Source: a bacterium (lineage in GTDB: Bacteria > SAR324 > NAC60-12). Taken from it: 64,000 nt of DNA. The notes beneath the pieces were generated by a model. That model had not been told where the DNA came from. It worked only from the letters and a program-made list of their open reading frames with translations, and searched no databases. The translations under genes were made by a program, and so were the position numbers. Of the stretch, positions 20,987 to 31,400 are shown in pieces (position 1 is the stretch's first letter; each line of letters starts with the position of its first letter). The stretch spans positions 96,001 through 160,000 of the forward strand of contig CBDDTI010000745.1 of the NCBI GenBank assembly GCA_965233585.1, read 5' to 3'.

Positions 20987-21539
20987 TCATCTTTAAATTA
21001 ACACCACTGAGCCAGTCATGGATTCCTCTTTTCTCTTTAGAAAAAAAGATCAACAGCAAAGGCAGTGCAAAAAACATCATTAACCAAGCAAAACAGGATT
21101 CTCGCAACAAAAATCTCCAAAAAATTAAAAAAGAAGAGCGGGAAGTAAAGGTCATACCATAAACCCACTTCCCCGGTGAAGTCCCACATAAACTGTGAAA
21201 AATGACAAAATACAAAATGCTGACGAATAAATAAGGCATCAGCAGTAAGAATAAATCATCTTGCGGTATATATTCAATCCAAATAATAAATTTTTGTTGA
21301 TAAAAAATTTTATTAAAAATTAAGAACCAGAGACCAATGATGAGATAGTCCAACAAGCAGGCAAGGAGTCGTCTGAAAAGAGAGGCAGGAAGGTAGGAGG
21401 TCTCAATTTGCAATGGTGAAAGGGCTTGGGATTGCCTTGCTTTGCCACAAAGAGAACAATGTTTTTGAGAGCTGTATAAGGGGTTTGCACAAGCCTTGCA
21501 AATCCCTGTTTGTGTCAAGAGATGGATTGGGACATTCAT
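20970..21539 (-). CDS. RDD family membrane protein with N-terminal zinc ribbon
   Basis: CxxC..CxxCG, RRLLACLLDY, GTSPGK, RGIHD. Confidence 0.85.
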   Translation of the reverse strand: MNVPIHLLTQTGICKACANPLYSSQKHCSLCGKARQSQALSPLQIETSYLPASLFRRLLACLLDYLIIGLWFLIFNKIFYQQKFIIWIEYIPQDDLFLLLMPYLFVSILYFVIFHSLCGTSPGKWVYGMTFTSRSSFLIFWRFLLRESCFAWLMMFFALPLLLIFFSKEKRGIHDWLSGVNLKMIDDAH

Positions 21540-21548
21540 GGGGTTGTT

Positions 21549-22841
21549 TTAGTCTGAAAGACGTTCAATGGACGCACCAAGTGCATTGAGCCGAGTGTCA
21601 ATGGCTTCATACCCTCTGTCAATTTGATGCACGTTGTGGATCGTCGTTTGACCTTCTGCACACATTGCCGCAATCAACAATGCCATACCTGCACGAATGT
21701 CTGGAGAGACCACAGTAGAACCATGCAACAGAGTCGGTCCAGAGATGACGGCACGATGAGGGTCGCACAGCACTATTTTTGCCCCCATTCCGATTAAATG
21801 GTCAATCCAGTATAAACGGCTTTCAAACAACCTTTCGTGAATCAGCAATGTCCCATGACATTGTGTTGCAAGGACTAGTAAGATGCTCATCAAATCAGCA
21901 GGAAAGGCAGGCCAAACAGAATCTGAAAATTGAGGAATAGAGTTTGACCAGCCTGTCCTCACGGACAAACCTTGTTTGGCAGAAATATGCAAAGCATTTT
22001 CATCAACTTTGACCTTCACACCAAGACGCTTAAAATACTCTAAAATCAGATGCAAATGATGCACACCCGCTTCTTTGATGAGTAAATCGCTGGACGTAGC
22101 TGCTGCCAAACCAATGAATGACCCTACTTCAATGTGGTCTGGTTGGATGGTGTATTCCCCACCGTGTAAGGTATTCACACCAATCACTTCCAACTTGTTT
22201 GTCCCAATGCCTGAAATCCTTGCACCCAGTGAATTGAGAAAATGGCACAACCCTTGTACATGAGGTTCACAGGCGGCATGATAAATCGTTGTTCTTCCTT
22301 CTGCCAGAACTGATGCCATCAAAAGATTTTCTGTTGCCATGACACTTGCCTCGTTCAAATGTAAATCGCAACCCGTGAGTTGTGTGCAACGCATGCTGTA
22401 AATTTTGTCTTCTGAAAAAGTAATCGTTGCACCCAGTTTTTCTAAAGCGTCAAGGTGTGTGTCAAGAGGTCGTATGCCAATCCTGTCCCCGCCTGGCACA
22501 GGAAGTTTGACAGAACCAAGCCTCGCAAGCATAGCACCTGCCAGCAAAAATGACCCGCGAATCCTTGAGGCATGTTTGAGTGAAAGCTGGTCTTGTGTCA
22601 CTTCTTTGGCATGGACTTCAAGCGTGTGTGTGTCAACTGGTTTGATGCACACCCCGAGCTGAGTCAATAAATGTTGCAGGTCTTGAATGTCTTTGATGTG
22701 AGGAATGTTTTTCAGCAGAACCGCTTCTTTCGTCAAGAGACACGCTGCCAAAATTGGCAGGGCTTCATTTTTGTTGCCTGATGGCGTGATTGCTCCTTGT
22801 AAACGATTTCTGCCTTGAACAATAAATTTTTGATAAATCAT
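21549..22841 (-). CDS. murA: UDP-N-acetylglucosamine 1-carboxyvinyltransferase (active-site Asp variant)
   Basis: SGNKNEALP, RIRGSFL, PGGDRIGIRP, EPHV, SPDIRAGM, IDRGYE. Confidence 0.95.
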   Translation of the reverse strand: MIYQKFIVQGRNRLQGAITPSGNKNEALPILAACLLTKEAVLLKNIPHIKDIQDLQHLLTQLGVCIKPVDTHTLEVHAKEVTQDQLSLKHASRIRGSFLLAGAMLARLGSVKLPVPGGDRIGIRPLDTHLDALEKLGATITFSEDKIYSMRCTQLTGCDLHLNEASVMATENLLMASVLAEGRTTIYHAACEPHVQGLCHFLNSLGARISGIGTNKLEVIGVNTLHGGEYTIQPDHIEVGSFIGLAAATSSDLLIKEAGVHHLHLILEYFKRLGVKVKVDENALHISAKQGLSVRTGWSNSIPQFSDSVWPAFPADLMSILLVLATQCHGTLLIHERLFESRLYWIDHLIGMGAKIVLCDPHRAVISGPTLLHGSTVVSPDIRAGMALLIAAMCAEGQTTIHNVHQIDRGYEAIDTRLNALGASIERLSD

Positions 22842-22920
22842 AAGGTGTTGTCAAGCAATAGTCTTACGTCAAGAGTATTACAAAAAGTCTGTTTTTTCCA
22901 ATTTTTTATACCCTTTCCCC

Positions 22921-23748
22921 GTCATTTCTTACCTTGACCCGCAATCTCTCTACTGCCGTCATTCGGAGCGAAAGCTCCGAATCCATGCTATGTTGACGAT
23001 AGATTCCGTGTCAAGCACGGAATGACGGGAGCATCATTGCTCATTTTGAAAACCGTCATTCCGCACTTGATGCGGAATCTCAAAAGAAGTGAACGAAGGA
23101 AAAAAGAGAGATTGCAGGTCAAGCCCGCAATGACATTTTTCAAGGTGAACCATGACGAAAAGACAAGCCTGCAACCTCCCTGTCATTCCGCACTTGATGC
23201 GGAATCCACTAGCAGTTAGAGGATAGATTCCTGTCGTGCCTCTCTCAGTCATTCCGCACTTGATGCGGAATCTCAAACGCCCTCCGTCATTCCGCACTTG
23301 ATGCGGAATCTATTACCAAACCAAGCATGGATTCCTGCTTGCGCTCCGAATGACAAAGACAGAGGCAACAATGACCAAAGGCAAAACTGCAACACTCACG
23401 TCATTCCGCACTTGATGCGGAATCTCAAAAAAAGTGAACGAAGAAAAAAAGAGAGATTGCGGGTCAAGCCCGCAATGACGCGGGAATGAGAAAAAGAGCA
23501 AAATCCCCTGTCATTCCGCACTTGATGCGGAATCTCAAAAAAAGGCGTTGTTGGCAAAAAGATAAGGAAGATTGCGGGTCAAGCCCGCAATGACTTTTTT
23601 CAAGGTCAGCAATGACGAAAAGACACGCCTACAAAACCTCTCAGTCATTCCGTGCCTCTCTCAGTCATTCCATGCTTGATGCGGAATCTCAAAAAACAAA
23701 AGTTGTTTAGGAAAAAAATAAGAGATTCCGTGTCAAACGCGGAATGAC
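22921..23748. repeat. Cluster 1 of GTCAT-tagged palindromic (REP-like) repeats, about 15 units
   Basis: Many copies of GTCATTCCGCACTTGATGCGGAATC and GTCATTGCGGGCTTGACCCGCAATC in both orientations. Confidence 0.92.
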
Positions 23749-23796
23749 TTGAACACAAGCCATCGGTGACTCAAAGAGTAGATTGCAAAGTGTTGG

Positions 23797-24765
23797 TCAC
23801 TTGTTGTGCAACTTGACTTGTTGTTCAATCCAATAATATGTTTTTTGGAGACCTTCTTTGAGGGGTAAGGTGGGTTGCCAGTTGAGTGTTTGTTGAATGA
23901 GTCGGTTGTCGGAGTTCCTGCCCCTGACGCCGAGAGGTCCTGAAATATGCTTGAGTTTCAGGTTTTTGCCTGCAATGTTCATAATGAGAGAGGCTAGTTG
24001 ATTGATGCTGACCATTTCTTCAGAGCCGATGTTGACAGGACCTTGAAAGTCAGAACGCATGAGACGGATTGTGCCTTCTACACATTCATCAACATAAAGA
24101 AAAGAGCGAGTTTGCTGACCATCTCCCCAAATTTCAATAGAGCTACCATCGTCAGCTTGTGCGATTTTTCTACAAAGTGCAGCAGGTGCCTTCTCACGTC
24201 CGCCTTGCCACGTTCCGTAAGGTCCAAAGATGTTGTGGTAACGTGCGATGTGGCATTGCATGTGATGACAGCGGTTGTAAGTCAAAAACAATCGTTCGCT
24301 GAACAACTTCTCCCAGCCATATTCGCTGTCAGGTGCGGCAGGGTAGGCGCTTTCTTCACTGCAAATGGGATTGTCAAGGTCTTCTTGGTTGTAGGCGGGG
24401 TACATGCAAGCGGAGGAAGAATAGAAGACACGTTTGATGTTGCGTTGGTGGCAGGTTTTAAGAACGTTGAGGTTGATTAAAGCGGAGTTGTGCAAAATCT
24501 CAGCATCGTTGTCGCCAGTGAAGACAAAACCTGCACCGCCCATGTCCGCTGCCAGCTGATACACTTCATCAAATCTTCTATCCACAACTTGTTGCACGAC
24601 TGACCAATCACGTAAATCTCCCACCAAAAAGTCATCTGCTTGCGTGTCTTGAAATTCAGGAAATTTGAGGTCAACACCTCTCACCCAACTGCCTTCTGCT
24701 TTGAGAGTTCTGACAAGTTGATTGCCAATAAAACCACCTGCACCACAAACTAAGATTTTTTTCAC
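23797..24765 (-). CDS. NAD-dependent epimerase, GDP-mannose 3,5-epimerase-like
   Basis: GAGGFIG, LAADMGGAGF, YSSSACMYP, YGWEK, GGREKAPAALCRK. Confidence 0.88.
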   Translation of the reverse strand: MKKILVCGAGGFIGNQLVRTLKAEGSWVRGVDLKFPEFQDTQADDFLVGDLRDWSVVQQVVDRRFDEVYQLAADMGGAGFVFTGDNDAEILHNSALINLNVLKTCHQRNIKRVFYSSSACMYPAYNQEDLDNPICSEESAYPAAPDSEYGWEKLFSERLFLTYNRCHHMQCHIARYHNIFGPYGTWQGGREKAPAALCRKIAQADDGSSIEIWGDGQQTRSFLYVDECVEGTIRLMRSDFQGPVNIGSEEMVSINQLASLIMNIAGKNLKLKHISGPLGVRGRNSDNRLIQQTLNWQPTLPLKEGLQKTYYWIEQQVKLHNK

Positions 24766-24819
24766 TGCAATTCTCCTTCAATTTTCTAAAAAAAGTCTGA
24801 AACGTCCAAAAATTAAATT

Positions 24820-25860
24820 TTACTTTTTAGACTTGGTTGGCGGTTCTTGTTCGGCAGGTTCTGCTTCAGGTTGAACAAGATGATGTTTGAGTTGAATTTC
24901 TTTGAAGATTTGGTCAATCATGTCTGGATTTTCAAGGAGGAATTTCTCAGAGTTGTCCTTGCCCTGACCAATCCTTGTTTCTTGATAAGAATACCAAGTG
25001 CCGCTCCTTTGAATGACTCCTGAGGTGACACCCACGTCTAATAAACTTCCAATTTTAGAGATGCCTTGCCCGTAAATTAGGTCAAGTTCTACTTCTTGAA
25101 AAGGGGGAGCGACTTTGTTTTTGACAACTTTGATCTTCACTTTGTGTCCAACTGCTTGGTCTCCCTTCTTAATGAGAGTGGACTTTCTGACATCAAGTCG
25201 GATACTGGAATAAAATTTGAGTGCATTGCCCCCTGTTGTTGTCTCAGGGTTTCCAAACATCACGCCAATTTTCATACGTAGCTGATTGATAAAAATAAAA
25301 ATCGTGTTGGACTTGGCAACAGAGCCTGTGAGCTTTCGCAGTGCTTTTGACATCAGGCGTGCTTGAAGACCAACTTGATTGTCCCCCATCTCTCCCTCTA
25401 GCTCACTTTTGGGGACAAGAGCTGCCACAGAGTCCACGACGACAATATCCACTGCATTACTGCTGACCAGCATGTCTGCAATTTCAAGGGCTTGTTCACC
25501 AAAGTCAGGTTGGGAGACGAGCAAATCTTTAATGTTGACACCCAATCGTTTGGCATTGGCTTTGTCAAGGGCATGTTCTGCATCAATAAAAGCAGCAGTG
25601 CCTCCTTGTTTCTGGACTTCTGCCACTGCGCACAAAGCCAGAGTTGTCTTGCCAGAAGATTCAGGACCGTAAATTTCTGTAATCCGTCCTTTGGGCAGCC
25701 CACCAATTCCAAGCGCAACGTCCAAGCCGATGATTCCCACACTGCAACACGGAAACTGCACCGTAGAGTCATCTAGTTTCATAATAGAACCCTTGCCAAA
25801 TTGACGGTCTATTTGAGAAATTGCCGCTTCCAACGCCTGTTGTCTTTCTTGTTCAAACAT
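24820..25860 (-). CDS. recA: Recombinase A
   Basis: [63 protein letters not shown] before ATG 25860. Confidence 0.98.
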   Translation of the reverse strand: MFEQERQQALEAAISQIDRQFGKGSIMKLDDSTVQFPCCSVGIIGLDVALGIGGLPKGRITEIYGPESSGKTTLALCAVAEVQKQGGTAAFIDAEHALDKANAKRLGVNIKDLLVSQPDFGEQALEIADMLVSSNAVDIVVVDSVAALVPKSELEGEMGDNQVGLQARLMSKALRKLTGSVAKSNTIFIFINQLRMKIGVMFGNPETTTGGNALKFYSSIRLDVRKSTLIKKGDQAVGHKVKIKVVKNKVAPPFQEVELDLIYGQGISKIGSLLDVGVTSGVIQRSGTWYSYQETRIGQGKDNSEKFLLENPDMIDQIFKEIQLKHHLVQPEAEPAEQEPPTKSKK

Positions 25861-26131
25861 AAAACTCCTTTGAATATCAGTCATCTCCTTCTGTCTCAAT
25901 ATGACTTGCTGACTAAAAGCGAATCAGTATAACACATCGCAACTCCAATGAAAAATGATAACTTCCTTGCTTTTTTTCTTGTTGTGAGTCAGCCTGCTTG
26001 CTGATTTTGGAGGTTCTGAATCAAGCACGCCATGACGTGAAAATTGAGGAGAATGAGAAAAAACAGCCTACAAAGTGGGGAAGCCACGTCTGAAATGATT
26101 GACTTGAACGTTTTTGAACTGGTGAAGAAGT

Positions 26132-26416
26132 TTATTTTTGGGGTAGGGCAGACACAGACCTGCCGTGAAAAATATAGAAGGACTTTTTGAGGTCAAAATG
26201 GCAAATCAGCTCATAGATTACCCGACCGTGATTAAAAACTGTGATTTTCTGCTTATCTGGATGAAAGGGAGTCACCTCAAACTTAATAGATTTGACAGCG
26301 ATTGCATAACAAACTCTTGTAACCCTTTGAATTTTAAATTTATCTGATTTGAGCAGAAAAGATGGAGCGAACTCAACAGAAACTGACTGGATTTGTTGAT
26401 AAAACTCCCTACACAA
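26132..26416 (-). CDS. Hypothetical 94-aa protein, candidate toxin of the Panacea antitoxin
   Basis: TTG start overlaps the upstream stop by 8 nt; no recognisable motif. Confidence 0.5.
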   Translation of the reverse strand: MCREFYQQIQSVSVEFAPSFLLKSDKFKIQRVTRVCYAIAVKSIKFEVTPFHPDKQKITVFNHGRVIYELICHFDLKKSFYIFHGRSVSALPQK

Positions 26417-26960
26417 GACCTAGCTCCCTATCAAGTTCTGCAAGTTGTTCAGGAGTCATGGCATGGTATTCATCAATGGCTTGTTGGCTTGTTTTCTTAG
26501 CTTCTTCAAGAATGGGTTGAAGATGTTTGATGTAGTATTTGGCAATGTGGTCAATTTCAATGACACCGTGTTTTTTTCTATTCCATGTACTTGTCCACGG
26601 AGTGTTTTGCTTATGAGTAAAGTCTGAAAGAGTAAAGCCATGAAATATACCATACTTACTATACACAAGGTCTATGATATTTTGATGATCTATGTCGCCA
26701 ATAGAATCGTAAGATTGAAGTGGCAGAGTCACAGGCTGGCTGCCATAATGCCCCAGTTCTTCGTAAAGACTTGGAATGACGGGACCGTGCCTCCACGCTT
26801 GGGTGTCATCAAAGTAAATCGGGCTATTGAGCAATGCAAGAGAAAACCCTTGAGCAATATAAACTAGCTTTTGCAACTGCATGTTGGTCAACTGCCTGCC
26901 TTCTTTCCATGCGAGGTCAAGAAACGCATTAGCCACAGCATGTGCAGATACAGGCGTCAT
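26409..26960 (-). CDS. Panacea-domain (DUF4065/SocA-like) antitoxin
   Basis: VANAFL, LTNMQLQKLVYIAQG, AWRHGPVIPSLY, LS.FTH..NTPW. Confidence 0.9.
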   Translation of the reverse strand: MTPVSAHAVANAFLDLAWKEGRQLTNMQLQKLVYIAQGFSLALLNSPIYFDDTQAWRHGPVIPSLYEELGHYGSQPVTLPLQSYDSIGDIDHQNIIDLVYSKYGIFHGFTLSDFTHKQNTPWTSTWNRKKHGVIEIDHIAKYYIKHLQPILEEAKKTSQQAIDEYHAMTPEQLAELDRELGLV

Positions 26961-27011
26961 ACACTCTTCCGATATTGGTCAAACAGTGAATTGAATTTTT
27001 TCATAAGACGG

Positions 27012-27040
27012 ATTATATCGCTTTTTGATATGTTGGACAA
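27012..27040 (-). promoter_or_regulatory. Sigma70-type promoter of the Panacea operon
   Basis: TTGTCC-N17-TATAAT on the minus strand, about 50 nt upstream of ATG 26960. Confidence 0.65.
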
Positions 27041-27332
27041 CCATTGTCAAACCTAAAGTTCTAAGAACGCCATTGATTCAAATTTAAAAGTACTGCAAAA
27101 GACTTTAGGCATTAAATTTGAAATGCAGACATAAAAAAGACTTGCCAAGCGGGGTTGCTAGAGTCTTCAATAAAAACAGACTGGTTGTAAAAAACTCTGA
27201 TATGCCATCATTTTTTGAAGAAGGCAAACAACCATCAAAATTTTCAACTTCACGCAATGTCATTCGCATTGAGAATTGTGCTGTTTGGTCAAATGAGACA
27301 CAAACGAATTTTTAAAATTATTATGAGGTCTA

Positions 27333-27992
27333 GTGCAAACATTATCATTTAATGAATACTTGAAATTAACAAATACTCTGTCAGCATTGGTCTTAAATGA
27401 GACAAGAGTCAATACTGTTTTTGTAACCTTCCCCAGAGGTGGGGCTGTGTTGTTAAAGTCTGTGGAGCAAACTTTGATGATGAAAGATATTGTCTTTGTG
27501 GATTTGAGAAAACAAGTGGACTACAAAAAGTTGAATGATTCATTGTGTCCTTACGAAGCAATCTTCATTGTAGATGACATTCTTGACACTGGCAAAACAA
27601 TCGCAAACTTTTTAGAGGGCATTGAAAGTCCGATTAGGAATAGAATGAAGATGTTCACTCTGCACAAAAATATCCATGCACCTGATTTAGATTTCCCTCA
27701 TTTTTATTTAGAAAAGTCTGCTGAATGGATTGCTTACCCTTATGAACTAGGTGAAGAAAGTCGTCATCAGCTTTATGAATACTCTAAACAAGACTCCAAT
27801 CCCCTAGAAAATCTGTCTTCTTGGGAATTGGTAGAAGAATTTAGACGTGTTGCACCTGAAGATGTCCCCGATTCTTTTGTCATTCAATGGCATTCTAGTT
27901 TTCAAGAGTTTGTCAGAGATGTTGCATTTTCACATTATTTCAACACAAATTACGCGATGACTTCTTCCCAAAAACAATGTGTTTTTATTTAA
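27333..27992 (+). CDS. Type I phosphoribosyltransferase-family protein with C-terminal extension
   Basis: PRGG and PRPP-binding loop FIVDDILDTGKT, WIAYPYE. Confidence 0.8.
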   Translation: MQTLSFNEYLKLTNTLSALVLNETRVNTVFVTFPRGGAVLLKSVEQTLMMKDIVFVDLRKQVDYKKLNDSLCPYEAIFIVDDILDTGKTIANFLEGIESPIRNRMKMFTLHKNIHAPDLDFPHFYLEKSAEWIAYPYELGEESRHQLYEYSKQDSNPLENLSSWELVEEFRRVAPEDVPDSFVIQWHSSFQEFVRDVAFSHYFNTNYAMTSSQKQCVFI

Positions 27993-28040
27993 AAACCAAA
28001 AACTTTTGATATTCTGAAAAAGAGTTGCTACGAGAAAGTT

Positions 28041-28252
28041 GAGATAGCGGGTCAAGGTGAGCGATGACGGTTTTCAAGATGAGCAGAACCCTCCCGTCAC
28101 TTGAGTGCTTGACACGGAATCCATCGTCAACATAGCATGGATTCCTAAATTGACTGGATTCGGGGCTTTGGCAGGAATGACAATCCTGTCATTCCGTGCT
28201 TGACACGGAATCTCAAACGTCCTCCGTCATTCCGCACTTGATACGGAATCTC
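28041..28252. repeat. Cluster 2 of GTCAT-tagged palindromic repeats
   Basis: GTCATTCCGTGCTTGACACGGAATC, GTCATTCCGCACTTGATACGGAATC and variants. Confidence 0.9.
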
Positions 28253-28463
28253 AAAAACAAGAGTGAGGACAGAATGCCATGCCACGATTGAATGAAATGA
28301 AATGAAATGATTGGTTGGTTTTCTTGGAAGAGCTAACTTGTGCAAGGTCAATTCTGAAAGACAGCACCCCACACAAGCCAGAGAAAGGTAAGAGTTGACT
28401 TAAGCGCAAGGAGCAATTTCACAGAGAGATTGCCCCCACACGCACAAGCCAGAGAGAGTCAGC

Positions 28464-31400
28464 TTAGTTCTGCTCTGTGTAAAACCACTCTATTCCGTGA
28501 TTTGAAAAATAGTTGCCAGAGGCACTATTAGCCAAGAAATAAAGTTTGTTGCCAACAACAGTGGGGTGAGTGATGTAGTCATTGGTTTGTTTGGTAAACC
28601 CATAACGTTTGAGGTCAGTTTCTTTAAAAACTTCCTTCGCACCCTCTTTCTTCACAAACACCTCAAACTTGGTAATGACAAACAAGTGTTCTTTATCATC
28701 ACTATTTTTGACCACTGCCAAGTTGACACCACTATCAGCACCATAATCTACAACCGTTGCCTTGCCTTCATTACCATTGGTCATGTCAACAGAATACAAC
28801 TTGCCTGCAATCAGCACATAGTATGAACTACCCACTTTGGCGGCTTTGAATGCTGCATCAGCTTTCACAGCAGTACCACCATCATCCTTGACTTGTGTGG
28901 CTGTTGTGCCTTTGGTCACAAAGAGTTTTGTGGTTGTATGTTGTACGACAAACAACGCATCACCAGCAAGAACTGGCTTTGCAGTGGTAACGTCTGGTTT
29001 GAGAGTTGCGCTGTTGCCTTTGATTTCTGTTGCTCCATTTAGTGTTGTGCTTGTAGCATCAGCTAATTTAGCAGCACCAACAGCAATGATTTTATTACCT
29101 AGCACATGTAAACCTGATACATCACCAACCTTGTCACCAGCATTATCATCATCATCTGCAACAATGACTGGATCTAAATTACTACCAGTTCCCAGATAAA
29201 CAGCATTGTCATTGTTGTCAATACCATACAATTTACCACCAACAACGGTTAGACCACCAGCACCAGCCTTTAATGTATGAGAAGTAGTACCATCAACTTT
29301 AAAAATTTCAGAAATCACCACAGGGTCAGCTGTGACATCAGCAATTTTGTATAACTTGCCAGCGTAAAAATAGACCTTGTTACCATCTGCCGCGATAGAC
29401 GTAACAGTGTGCTTGCCAAGAACTTTGGTGTTTGCTTTTGTTCCGTCACTTTCCCAGAGATACGAACCGCTGCCAAAATACAACTTGCCTCCAACATGCA
29501 CTGCTTGCCCATCGACGATTGTGACGTGTTGTGGATTGAGTAAGCGATGTTTGGTCTCACCACTTGAAAAGGCAATACCAGGGTTGTCTTTATAGGTTGG
29601 ACTTACAGCACCTTTGACTACAAAAAGATGTAGCTTGTCTCCTGTAGCTTTGCCTGCATTGTCATAAGTACTGACAACTTGTTTTTTTATTTGTTCCTTA
29701 TTACCTAATAAACCTCTGCCTTTGAAATTTATGCCATCACTGAGGATTGTTTCATTTCCTTCTTTGTCAATAAAGGCAAGATCGCTGGCATCAGATTTGG
29801 CATCAATTACAAAGATTCCCGTCTTTGCTTCCACAAGGGTGACATCTGTTTTTGCAGCAATGGTGATTGATGAAACTCCTTTTAGTTTGACTGCAGCAGA
29901 ATCTGATGCTGTTGCTTGTGCTGCTGCTGCCATTGCAACGTTTGCCAAAAGGTCTTTACCAGCAGTTGTTTTGGTCTTTGGAGCTGTTCCTCCACCATTG
30001 AGAAACAAAACATCACCAACTGCCACTGCTTGAGGGGCTGTATCATCAAAGTTTAAAGTTGATTCGCCTAGATCTTCAACATCGCCATTTTCTTTAACAA
30101 AGTACAGGTCGCTTTTGCTGACACCAGCTGTAAAACCAATGACAAAGATTCCTGTCTCTCCTTTCTCAAAGGAGACTTTGTCTTTTGTTACTGCCATAGC
30201 AACGGTATTGAGTTTAACTAGATCCATTGCCGTTGTTTTTTTGACTATGGCGACTTCTTTTTGACCATTGCCACCAGTATCAGTGACCAATTTACCTGAG
30301 TTTCCACCACCAGTAAGAAGCAACGTATCACCAATAACAGCAGTAGTTGGGGCTGTGCCATCAAAGTTCGTATTTGAGTGTTTGACGCTTGTAGCATTAT
30401 TGCCTGTTGTGGGAGCAAAAAACAACTTGCTCTTAGCTTTTAAAGCTGTGTGATCAATCACAAAGATTCCTGTCTTTGCTTTGACAAAAGAGACATTTGC
30501 TGGTGTGGTAATAGACGAACTTCCAACTAATCCTAGTTTGGTTGGTTGAACTTGTGGTGCAGCTTGTCCTGGTTTGAGCACCGATACTACTTTGGCTCTT
30601 CCGACCTGCTTTTCAAGGTCAACTTTGTTACCTGCACCATCATCGGAGATTGTTGCATTTGAACCACCACCACTGAGAAACAAAGTATCATCAACTACTA
30701 CTGCTTGGGGGGCTGTATCTTTGAAGTCCATACCTGTTTCTGCTAGGTTTTGAACATCGCCTGTTGTGGGAACAAAGGCGAGAACGCTTTTAGCACCTCC
30801 AGCTGTTGCAGTTGCATCAATCACAAAGACGCCTGTCTTTCCTTTCACAAAGGAGGTTTTAGCACCTACCACGTTGAATGCAACTTTGGCTGGTAAAGTA
30901 ACAGCATCTATTTTTCCTCCTGCTGTGACTCTTGCGACATGTGTAATAAGAGACGTTGCGCCTTTGATAATTGCAGATGCATTATCTTCATGGAGAAACA
31001 AAGTATCGCCAATGACTTCTATGTTTTTAGGATTTGCGCCTTTGAACTCCAACTTGTCATCTGCTGCTAGGTTTTCAACAGTGCCATCGTTTTTAACAAA
31101 GAAAAGTTTGCTACCGCTATCAGTATTGTCAATGACAAAGACGCCTGTTGCTGCTGGCTCAATTTTGTCTATGGTTGCAGTTAAATCTACTTTGACAGCC
31201 ATATCGTCAGCATTGACGAAATAGAGGTCATTACTCACATTGAAGAACACAGTTGGAGGTGTGCCTGCTGTTGTTTTGTAATAGTTAGTTACTACACCCA
31301 AAGCGCTCCAGTTTTCCAACTCACTAGCTTTGCCATCATTCAACACTCCGATATTGGTAAAGGTACCGTTAGCATTTTTATCAAGGTCAAAAATGACACG

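Noticed and set aside
23022..23501. Short ORFs within repeat clusters (also 28145-28372, 32216-32588, 32732-33229, 58285-58467)
   Set aside because: They are translations of the palindromic repeats (HCGLDPQS, VIPHLMRNL), with no independent coding evidence.
22921..23748. CRISPR array
   Set aside because: Repeats alternate in orientation, vary in sequence and have irregular, recurring spacers; no cas genes are present.
25861..26130. LexA box upstream of recA
   Set aside because: I found no match to the CTGT-N8-ACAG or GAAC-N4-GTTC boxes; a lineage-specific box cannot be excluded.
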